Shown here in pieces: positions 53,487 to 64,000 of a stretch of 64,000 bases of DNA. Location of the stretch: the NCBI GenBank assembly GCA_038087875.1, contig CM075988.1, forward strand, positions 7,752,001 to 7,816,000, given 5' to 3'. This DNA comes from Malacoraja senta. Its lineage: Eukaryota. The notes beneath the pieces were generated by a model, which made no database searches, had not been told where the DNA came from, and saw only the letters and a list, made by a program, of their open reading frames with translations. Made by a program: the position numbers and the translations under genes. Positions within the stretch are counted from its first letter, which is position 1. Every line of letters begins with the position of its first letter.

Positions 53487-54452
53487 TGATCCTCCCTCCC
53501 CACTCCAAGTCAAAAGAGTTTTGAACCCCCAGCTGAGGATCAGACAGGTGAGGCAGAAGCACAGCATCTTGCAGTCTCAGTTACCTCCCAGGCAGGCAAG
53601 CAACCTGTTCTACTTTGGACGGTATCATCTGAAGAAGGGTCTTGACCCGAAACGTCACCCACTCCTTCTCTCCAGCATTTTGTGTCCATCTTCAGTTTAA
53701 ACCAGCATCTGCAGTTCCTTCCTTCACATCACACTTCCAGTCATGTACTTTCCCTGCAGGACTCATCTTACAGGGCTGAGCTCGGCGGCAACATCATTTT
53801 TGCAGTTCCCCGCAGGCCGGCACTGCCTACGCTTCGCTCCTAGATCCCTGCACTGAGTTCGGCAAACTCAGCAATGAGCGGAAAATGTGTGTTGTTGCAG
53901 CTTGCACTGAACAAAATCTGAATAATGCAATGTCAAAAATTAAAAGTTTATTTTAGAAATGCTGAACGCTAGAATTTTGATGATTTTGTGCAGCCGCCCC
54001 TGACAGCCGCTCTTGGAACAGTCACGAGATGGTTTCACGTACACCCACAAAGGCAGGCAGTTCCTCAATATAACCTCTCAGAAGGGAGGCAACACCTTTG
54101 CTAGTGCTGTACTAAGCATTCTATGAAAGTAGACATTACTGGCTTCACCTTGCACTAAACATTATTCCCTTATCATGTACTATATCTACACTGTAAATGG
54201 CTCTATTGTAATCATGCATGTAATCATCGATTGTAATCAACTGAGGTTCGTAGGTTAATTGGCTTCTGGACATTGCCCGTAGTCTGTAGAGAGTGGATGG
54301 GAAAGTGGGATAACGCAGGACTAGTGTGAATGGGTCATTGTGGTCTGGGTGGGCTGAAGGTCTTGTTTTCATGCTGTTTCTCCAAACCCTCTAAATGCAC
54401 CTTAATATTATGTGGTGCACAATGTTGTTCACTATCAGTTTTATTAAAGTGA

Positions 54453-54558
54453 AGACAGGCACAAAATGCTGGAGTAACTCAGCGGGACAGACAGCATCTC
54501 TGCATAGAAGGAATGGGTGACATTTCGGGTCGAGACCCTTCTTCAGATTCAGATTTTC
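54453..54558 (-). mobile_element. Solo Penelope-terminus-derived short element
   Basis: Single arm; 11-bp TSD ttattaaagtg (54442-54452, 54559-54569). Confidence 0.72.
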
Positions 54559-56119
54559 TTATTAAAGTGGGTACATTTTAAGTCTTTCATTTTACAGAAT
54601 TTCTTTAATGCCTTGAGGATTATTTTTGCGTCTTGAAACAGACGACGATTTATAGAGATTCCAAGGAACGGCAGATGCTGCTTACCGAAAAAGATACAGA
54701 GTGCTGGAGTAACTCAGTCTCTGGAGAACATGAGTCTGGAGAAGGCTCCTGACCCGAAACGTCGCCTATCCACCTTCTGCAGAGATGCTGCGTGACCCGC
54801 TGAGTTACGTTAGGGCTTTGTGTGTTTTTTGATGATTTATCTGTTTTCTCTTCTACGTGCTACTGCGAGGTCAGTGTTTGGCACTGCATCATATCAGCAG
54901 ATTACGATAACTACATTGTGAGTGATCACCATCTGAGTTTTTTTCCTTTCAGTCATTCGTAATGTTGAATGATTGCGAGGCTGAATACTTGGCTGGCACT
55001 ATCAAATAAGCACAGAAAAATTAGAATTTGCAGTATGTCCAATTTCATAACTAGTCCGAGATGTGCTACCAAATTAATTTGAAATTGAAAAATGAATTTC
55101 TGATCACCGTGTAATATTTAATCTTCCTGTTGTAATCTCTCTCCCGAGACCACTTGTACTATATCAGCTCAAAGATCCCAACGCCATTAATTGTTTAATA
55201 GTAAACTCATGACCTTTGCTGCTGATTTGAAGTTATCATACATATTATGTGCATCGCTGAGGATATGAAGTTTGCTATGATTAACTAGTGTCATCCTACT
55301 GCTTTCCACATCTATTTGCTCTTGGGATACGAATGAAGGTTCTGAAGCAGCATTTCTGGTAACTGATTGCCCATTGTCCAGTTGCCCAGAGAATAGCAGG
55401 GCAGGTACAGACCACAAATTAAACAGAAATTATAAATCAGTAAGAGGCTATTCAGCACAATTCATGCATCATTTTGTGTTGACGTTTATCCTTTGTGATT
55501 TCCCCCCTGCAACCCTCAAATGGAATTCTCCCACTCTCTCTGTACAAACTCAGGAAAGGAATAGTTCAGGTAAATACACAGTCTTTTGTCCAGAGTAGGG
55601 GAATTGAGAACCAGAGGATATAGATTTAAGGTGAGGGGTAACTTTTTTATTCAAAGGGTATTGGGTATGTCGAACGGGTTGCCGGAGGAAGTACTTGAGG
55701 CAGGTAGTAATGAGATGTTTAAGAAATCTTAAACTTGGGCCAAATGCAGGCAGGTGGGACTAGTGTTGATGGGGCATGTTGATCGGCGTGGGCAAGTTGG
55801 GCCAAAGGGCTTGATTCCTTATTATATGACTCTATTACTCTAATTTAACATACCTTGATGTTAATCATTTATTTATGCTTTCTTCCTGGAACCCCTCAAA
55901 CTCTTGAGGTGGGATAAAAAAGTTTGCCACGAAGCCCAATGGACTTTGCCTCCCTTCATAATTCTAAGTTATGATCATCAGCCCAGACTGCCAATCTCCA
56001 TTGGTCTCCACTGAGTCTTCCCAAGCATGGAAGCCTCCAATAGTTTACTCTTCCTCCTCTATTCCCATTTTCCTCTCTCATCGGGCAAAATGTGAAAACA
56101 CACACCTCCAGATTCCGGG

Positions 56120-56311
56120 TAGACACAAAATGCTGGAGTAACTCAGCAGGACAGGCCGGACAGGACAGGCTTCAGGCTGAAGTAGGGTCTCGACCCGAAA
56201 CGTTACCTATTCCTTCTCTACAGAGATACTGCCTGTCACGCTGAGTTACTCCAGCATTTTGTGTCTACCTTCGATTTACCTTCTTGTGTCTACCTTCTGC
56301 AGTTCTTTCCT
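56120..56311. mobile_element. Short palindromic Penelope-terminus-derived element inserted in a Rex1-type 3' end
   Basis: Inverted arms; exact 18-bp TSD acacctccagattccggg (56102-56119, 56312-56329). Confidence 0.8.
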
Positions 56312-58995
56312 ACACCTCCAGATTCCGGGACAGTTTCTTCCCAGCTGTTATCGGGTAACTAAGCCATCCTACCAATAACTAGAGAGCAGTCCTGAGCTAC
56401 TATCTACCTCATTGGAGACCCTCAATCTTTGATCGGACTTTACTGGGGGTTTTCTTGCTCTGAACATTATTCCTTTTATCCTGTATCTGTACACTTTAGA
56501 TGACTCGATTGTAATCTTGTATTGTCTTTCCGCCGACTGGTTAGCACGCAACAAATGCATTTCACTGTACCTTGGTATACGTGACAATAAACTAAACAAA
56601 ACTAAACTATTCTAATAAAATACTTTGGATATGCCATCGTGGTTAATACTCCTTGCATTGGGCAGAGTTCCCTGTGCTGCACCACCTCTCTATTCTAAAG
56701 TCACCTGCACACATCGCAGGCCTTGAAGGACCCCACAACTACTGACTCCCCCTCTCCTAATCACTCCAATCCCACTCTGGGTTCTGGTGGTGCATTTTCG
56801 AATTCCAACAAGAGCAACCAAAGCTTGCAGCAGCACCTATGATGATAAGGATTTGTCCAGCCCAGCATCAGGCAATCAAGGCAACAAAGAGCTGGAGTAA
56901 CTCAGCATGGGCAGCATCTGTGGAGAACATATCTGTGGATAGCTGATGTTTCGGGTTGGGGAGAGGTGAAGAAAGCTTGAACAGAGGAGGGGTAGGACAA
57001 AGGTTGGCAGGTAATAGATTGATACAAGTGAGGTTTTTTTTTGTGATAGGCGGAAGGTGGACAAAGGCTAGAGATGAAAAGACTGAAGGTGTGAAACAAA
57101 AGGATCTTGTAACAGATTATATTCCATTGAATGTATGCTGTACTCTACTCCTTCATCATTTATGCAATAGTGCATTTGAAGACATTTTAGTTGATGAGGG
57201 AAAACCAAAATGAACAGATCAGTCTAATAGTGATCACAATTAGGATTTGCCGAGCTTTACCATCACATTTACCATGATTTAAATTTGAATTCAATTTGAA
57301 TTCACACATTGATAGATGCCAACAAGATGAGGATATGGCAAAGTGACACAGCGGTAGAGTTGCTGCCTCACAGCGCCAGTGACCGGGGTTTAATCCTGAC
57401 TACGGGTGCTGTTTGTACGATTAGTGTTTGTACGTTCTCCCCGTGACCACGTGGATTTTCTCCGGGATCCCCGGTTTCCTCCTACACTCCAAAGACGTAC
57501 AGGTGTGTAGGTTAATTGGCTTCGGTAACCTGTACAATTGTCCCTCGTGTGTGTAAGTTACTGTACAGGGTGATCGCTGGCCGGCATGGACTCGGTGGGC
57601 CGAAGGGCCTGTTTTCGCTTAGTATCTCTAACGTCTAATGGGGAAACCAAAATGAATTGACTAGTCTAATAGTGATCATAGTGGATTTGTATAGTTTTAC
57701 CATCACATTTCTGCTTTTGTATCCTGCAATTTATTATCTTAAAATTCAGAGGAACAAGGGCCTAATTTAAAACATGTCATAGGAACGCTCAGTTCCACTG
57801 AAAATAGACACAAAAAGCTGGAGTAACTCAGTGAGACAGGCATCATCTCTGGAGAGAAGGAATGGGTGATCTTTTGGGTTGGGACCCTTCTTCTAACTCC
57901 AGAAGGAACTGGGGATGAATAACTTGTGATGAACTCTCGCCTGCAGGTTATCATCTTACAATCTGAGATAACATCAGGACTTAAAGAACAATCTGTGTAT
58001 GACAGAGTGGTGCAGCAGGTAGAGCTGTTGCCACACAGCACCAGAGACCCAGGTTCGATCCTCACCTCAGGTGCTGTCTGTGTGGAGTTTGCACCTTCTC
58101 CCTGTGACTGCACGAGGTGGTCCGTGGATGGTCCGGTTTTTCTCCCACATCCCAAAGGCGTGAGAGTTTGTCTTCTGTAAAAGAAAATGCCCCTAATATA
58201 GGGAGTGGACGACAAGGTGGGATAACATATAACTAATGCGAATGTATTGGTTGGCATGGAGTCGATGGGCTGAAGGGCCTGTTCCCATGCTGTATCTCTA
58301 AACTAAACTAAACTAAATTGACGAATCAATATTTCCTCCACTGATATAAGTAAATCCCATGATAATTTATTCACAAATTAACACCTTCAATAACCTCATT
58401 CACCCTAAGACGTCTGAAAGGCTGACCTGTCATATTATCTCTGGAATCCAGATAAAAGTGAATTTAGAAATAGCTGACATGACATTTAGTCCAGCAGTTG
58501 GGTATTTTGTCCACTTTTAAAATAATCATCAACAATCATAGATCTTTACTGAAGAAATCCCGATATCGATATCATTATTTGGAGTCATAGAGTCATGCAG
58601 CAGAGAATAAAATGCCCTTTGGCCCATATTGTCCATGCTGACCAAAATGTCTGGCATGATGGTTTATTTATTTATTCATTTAGAGATACAGCGTGGGGGT
58701 GGGAAACAGGCCATTCGGCCCAGCGAGTCCATGCCGACCAACGAACATCCATACACTAGTACAATCCTACACACTTGGGACAATTTATAGAAGCCAATTA
58801 ACCTACTGATTTGCACATCTTTGGGATGTGGGAGGGAACTGGAGCAGCTGGAGAACATCCACGCAGTCACAGGGATTATGATTAAACAGGAGTCACACTG
58901 GAATACTGCCGTCAGTTCCTGGGCAAAGCTCTCAATGCTAGCTTTGCTTACTATTTTCTTTCATGCTTTTTCTTATCTTTATGATGTTGTTGCAG

Positions 58996-59107
58996 GGCTC
59001 TCCATCCTCTCTGACAACAATAACCAACGCTGTCAACTCCCAGGGGATCGTGGTGCCGACCTCTGCACTACAAGGGAATTCTGCCATGTCAACTCAGGTG
59101 GTTACAG
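58996..59107 (+). CDS. PKNOX2: PKNOX2 internal coding exon (linker upstream of the homeodomain)
   Basis: ttgcag acceptor after a T-rich tract; ACAG|gtaagg donor; 112 bp, phase 0 to 1. GSPSSLTTITNAVNSQGIVVPTSALQGNSAMSTQVVT(G) resembles the recalled PKNOX2 segment NSPNSMSGVSNNPQGIVVPASALQQGNIAMTTVNSQVVSG. The exact 5' boundary is uncertain (see findings). Confidence 0.85.
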
Positions 59108-59454
59108 GTAAGGGCTGTCAATGTGTGTTGAGAATGGCTGGTTACCTTCATATTTGTTCTTCCCCTTCCCCCCCCTCCCCCTCCTCCAGCTTGTACCCTT
59201 TGCCTCTATCCTTGCCCCATACACTCTACCTCCATAACACTTGAGGAAATAGCCACCAGAGAATAGAGAAACAAGGAATCATCTGTAGAAGGGTCCTGAC
59301 AGGAAACGCCACCTATACATCTTCTCCAGAGATGCCCCCTGACCTGTTGAGTTACTCCAGCACTGTGTGTCCTTTTCTGTAAACCAGCATCACCAGTTCC
59401 TTGTTTCTACATGTTACCTGCCGGGCTTTGTCCTATCCTTCCATTCTTCCTTCT

Positions 59455-59630
59455 TTCTTCCCCCACCCCACTCCCCACCAACCCCCCACCCACCCCCCAC
59501 CCCACTCCCCACCCACCCCCCACCCACCCCCCACCCACTCCCCACCCCACTCCCCACCCACCCCCACCCACCCCACTCCCCACCCCTCTCCTCACCCCTC
59601 TCCTCACCCCCCAACCCGCTCCCCACCCCC
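59455..59630. repeat. C-rich low-complexity tract (CCCCA/CCCA/CTCC units)
   Basis: Direct reading; many C3-C7 runs. Confidence 0.95.
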
Positions 59631-59738
59631 ACGCTACAATCTTTTTTGTCACCAGAGAATACTTCTTCCTCTTCCCCGAGAGGTAAAGAAGGAGGGTGTT
59701 ACAGTTAGAAATGTGTAGTGTGGCTTGTTGAATAGGTA

Positions 59739-60029
59739 AGGGCCTGTCCCACTTTCCCGAGTTACTTAAGAATTCTCCCGAGTTTTCCCCTTGTTTCAAA
59801 CTCGGAGAATATCCGTAGCGATGCCGTAGATATATCGTAGCGGCTCGTTATGCCAGCCGTAGGTACTCGGGGCATCAGGTAAATCGGGACTTTTTTTTCA
59901 GCATGACAAAAAAGTCCATGAGTAAAAAGATAGTCGGGTGGAGGAGTTCGTAGATCACAAAAATCGTGATTTTTTTATTTTAAGGTCCTTTCAACTCAGC
60001 AGAGGACTCGGGAAAGTGGGTCAGGCCCT
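59739..60029. mobile_element. Harbinger-like MITE (family D)
   Basis: 24-bp TIRs AGGGCCTGTCCCACTTTCCCGAGT / ACTCGGGAAAGTGGGTCAGGCCCT; GTA/TTA flanks. Confidence 0.75.
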
Positions 60030-60670
60030 TTAACATAGCCATCTTGGTAGTCTTAAATAAAAAAAAAATGCTGGAAATACACCCTGTAACTTTTGGACCA
60101 ACCCTCTATTTGTCAACATGATTCAGGCAGCATCTGTGTAGATGTTTCAGGTTCAAGACCAGGTTCAGAAGTGAGGAGGGAGGTAACTGTTCTACTCGGT
60201 ATAAGAATACTTCAACCATTTACAGTCCAGCTACCTCCTTATAAATTGTAATCAATCTTTTTGATCATTGTTGATCACCTTGAAAGCTTGAATTGTCTAA
60301 AATGAAATAAATCTTTACCCGTTAATTTTATATTTTTGTATTCGTTTTTTTGGTGTATAAAATTAAACATTTTCTAGACCAATCATAGAGTCTTACAGCG
60401 TGGAAACAGGCCCTTCGGCCCAACTCGCTCACGTCGACCAACATGTCCCATCTACACTAATCCCATCTGGCTGCGTTTGGCCCATATCCCTCTAAACCTG
60501 TCCTATTCATATACCTGCCTAAATGTTTCTTAAACATTGCAATAGTACCTGCAATCCCTTAAGGTCTGGACAATATTTTATTTCAGTAGCTTGTTGAACT
60601 AGATAGAATGTGTTTAATCTGAGCTTCAGCCTTGTATCTCTGCTCAGAGCCTTATATACAATAAAGGATG

Positions 60671-61616
60671 GTACACAAAAATGCTGGAGAAACTCAGCGG
60701 GTGCAGCAGCATCTATAGAGCGAAGGATATAGGCAAAGTCTCGGGCCGAAACCCTTCTTCAGACTGATAGGGGGTGGGGAGAAGAAAGGAAAAAAGGAAA
60801 AATGCGGAGGAGGAGCCCGAGGGCTGGGGGAGGGGAGGAGACAACCAGAGGGCTGATGAAGGGGAGGGGACAGCAAGGGCTAGCAGAATTGGGAGAATTC
60901 AATGTTCAAGCCCCCAGGATGCAGACTGCCCAAGCGGAATATGAGGTGCATTTCCTCCAATTTACGGTGTTGCTCGCTGTGGCCATGGAGGAGACACAGG
61001 ACAGAGAGGTCAGACACGGAATGGGAGGGGGAGTTGAAGTGCTGAGCCACCGGGAGGCCAGGTTGGTCATTGAGGACCGACCGGAGGTGTTCGGCGAAAC
61101 GATCGCCAAGCCTCCGCTTGGTCTCACCGATGTAGATCAGCTGGCATCTAGAGCAGCGGATGCAATAGATGAGGTTGGAGGAGATGCAGGTGAACCTCTG
61201 TCGCACCTGGAACGACTGCTTGGGTCCTTGAATGGAGTCGAGGGGGGAGGTGAAGGGTCAAGTGTTGCATCTCTTGCGGTTGCAAGGGAAAGTACCAGGG
61301 GAGGGGGTGGTATGGGAGGGAAGGGAAGAATTGACAAGGGAGTTACGGGGGGAGCGGTCTTTGCGGAAGGCAGACATGGGGGGAGATGGGAAGATGTGGC
61401 GAGTAGTGGGGAGAGAGAGCAGTGTTGCGGGGTATGGCAGAGACCCTGGTGCGAGCCTCATCTATGGTGGAGGTGGGGAACCCCCGTTCCCTGAAGAATT
61501 AGGACATTTCAGATGCCCTGGTGTGGAACACCTCATCCTGGGAGCAGATGCGGCGTAGATGGAGGAATTGGGAGTGGGGGATGGAGTCCTTACAGGAAGC
61601 AGGGTGGGAAGAAGTG
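60671..61616 (-). mobile_element. Penelope-like 3' fragment
   Basis: ORF 60880-61206 RFTCISSNLIYCIRCSRCQLIYIGETKRRLGDRFAEH (GIY-YIG); exact 13-bp TSD acaataaaggatg (60658-60670, 61617-61629). Confidence 0.9.
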
Positions 61617-63190
61617 ACAATAAAGGATGTTGATTTGCAGTCAGATACTTTGCTCACCCGGGTTACGAATATGGGTGGAACCTTATCTCCACCCTTGGAC
61701 AGGCAGCATTTTGTTTTCTATATTCATTAGTATATTTTTGAGGCTGCAGCTCATCAATCCTGATGTAGCTGCATTTATTGACAAGATGGCAGTTCACATG
61801 AGCGTGTTGTTCGATTATTTTCGAGAGCAATTTAGTAATGGGCCTGGATGGAGTCACATCAAGACCAGCCCAGATAATAATCACCTGGTTCTCTGCTATA
61901 GGAACATTGCTGACCTGGATGGGGTCTAAGGGTAGCCCACAAGGTCATAAGTGACAGGAGCAGAATTAGGCCATTCGGCCCATCAAGTCTACTCCGCCAT
62001 TCAATCATGGCGGATCTATCTCTCCCTCCTAACCCCATTCTCCTGTCTCCTCCCCACAACCCCAGACACCTGTACTAATCAAGAATCTATCTATCTCTGC
62101 CTTCAAAATATCTATTGACTTGGCCACCACAGCATTCTGACTAAAGAAATTCCTCCTCATCTCCTTCCTCAAGGAACATCCTTGAATTGTGAGGCTGTGC
62201 CCCCTAGTGCTAGACTATCCCACTAGTGGAAACATCCTCTGCACATCAACTCTATCCAAGCATTTCACTATTCGGTAAGTTTCAATGAGGTCCCCCCTCA
62301 GCCAGCGAGTACAGGCCCAGTGCCGTTAACGCTATTATTTCAGTCACATTAACTGATACCAACCTTTTGCATCCATATTTCAATGCAATAGTGCATCTTT
62401 TGTCTTACCTGAGAATAGAGACCACTCTTTCTTCATCACAGAATCTTGGTTATGGTGTCAATCATTTTATATCTACACTTCAACTTGCAATGACAAAAAA
62501 ACAACACATTTTCCAGGCCCAGTTTTGGCCCGAGAATCTGAAGAAACAAAACATTACTTCTCCATGTTCTCCAGAGATGCTGCCTGACCCGCAGAGTTAC
62601 TCCAGCACTTTGTGCCCTTTTGTGTATTAACCAGCAACTGCAGTTGTTTGTTTCTACTATTTAGAAACATAGAAAACATAGAAACATAGAAAGTAGGCGC
62701 AGGAGTAGGCCATTCGGCCCTTCGAGCCAGCACCGCCATTATGATGATGGCTGATCATCCAGAATCAGCACCCTGTTACTGCTTTTTCCCCATATCCCTT
62801 GATTTTTGTATGGATAATCCTGATGTAGACCCCCCCTCCCCCCCAACCCATGGTACATTATAACGAGGGTTTGCTGTATTTCTGTGGTATATAGGACACT
62901 TTGGGGTATATAGTTTGCAGACTGTACCAGGTTATTAGTACTGACCAGTGAGTACACTGTGGATTTTGTGCTCGTAGTTCCAGATCTTTTACAAGTTCTG
63001 ACTGGGACTGGGGATATTTACGTGCGTGACTGTGTGGATGTTTGGAGCTAATGTGCGGCTAATGGCTGTGATTTTCTGGGGTTACTCTGCCCACAGGCAC
63101 CACATGACAAAGTACCAAGTTCCTCGAGTTTCTCAGCTCCTCTGCAGCCGTTCAGAGCTTTAGCCAGTCCAGTGAGCCCCTTCATCCTCA

Positions 63191-63411
63191 GGGGCCTGTC
63201 CCACTAGGGCGTCATTTGCGCGTCACGCAGATGGCGCGCAAAGATTTTGTACATCCCAAAATCCTGGGGCGCCGCGCGTGACCGCACGTCACTGCCTACG
63301 TCACCACGCACCATGAACACGTAATGTGCACCATGCGCGCGTCGTGCGTCGTGACGTGTAAATGATGTCGCGTAAATGACGTGCAAATGACGCCCAAGTG
63401 GGACAGGCCCT
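63191..63411. mobile_element. Harbinger-like MITE (family C, short)
   Basis: GGGGCCTGTCCCACTAGGGCGTCATTTGC...GCAAATGACGCCCAAGTGGGACAGGCCCT; TCA/TAA flanks; related to 45417-45879. Confidence 0.78.
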
Positions 63412-64000
63412 TAAGCGGAGTAAAATGACTGGGAAGAAGGAGGTTATGTCCAATTAACTTTAGATTTTTTTTTGATTTATTAAGTGGGCTAAAGTGTATT
63501 AGATTTTTTTGCAGTCCAGGTCCACCACCGATTCCCGTAGTTCCAGAGCCTTTCTGGATTATCCATTTACCGGACCAACAGAGGTCGCAGCCTCTGAGAG
63601 GAGATGAACAGTACCGGAACAAAAGTAATCTTGGCTGTGGGAACGGATTCTCTCCGGCTGGGCTGGAGTTCTAGAGCCCCAGCCACAGGAGACAAATTCG
63701 ACTCAACGACCAGCCACAGAAGTCCCGATGAGGTTGAGATCGGCCGCCTTACCTGGCCCAGGCTCCACATTTTCGGGGGGACTTCTGAGGGAGATTTTAA
63801 ATACACCCTCGTACTTTTGTCCGGATCAAAGGACGTGTAGGACCACCAGTTGCTGGAATATTGGTGGTCAACCTGTATTTCAAGGTTTTAAATTTTGTAT
63901 CAAAGTTTGGCAGGCTGTGTCATAATTAACTGTCAAAGCTAATCCTGGGCAGGGCTTTTGCTTAAGAGTTACTCTCCTTGTGAAAGTTTGTACCAGGAAT

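Noticed and set aside
62790..63860. Unrecognised, moderately GC-rich sequence around the last MITE as a further PKNOX2 exon
   Set aside because: No frame resembles the expected next exon (GALYQPVTMVTSQGQ-like); probably an unclassified repeat, which cannot be supported from sequence alone.

Overview
Eukaryotic genomic DNA, most likely a cartilaginous fish (skate/ray; inferred from HE1-like V-SINEs and the CR1, Rex1, L1, Tx1, L2 and Penelope content). The window appears to lie inside a + strand PKNOX2 (PREP2, TALE homeobox) gene. It has three internal coding exons (9569-9740, 24731-24919, 58996-59107) separated by introns of about 15.0 and 34.1 kb; the start and homeodomain exons are outside the window. 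Nearly all other ORFs in the track are transposon fragments or noise. Highlights: (1) many Penelope-derived short elements carry a minimal hammerhead-ribozyme-like core (CTGAAGA-hairpin-GAAACGTY), often as inverted pairs with their own 10-18 bp TSDs; (2) seven CpG-rich PIF/Harbinger-like MITEs share a 14-bp terminus but have different interiors; (3) an L1 is flanked by a 219-bp duplication; (4) the third PKNOX2 exon may have a shifted or non-canonical TG splice acceptor. Repeat boundaries are approximate unless a TSD is quoted, and family names come from recognition by eye, not database searches.
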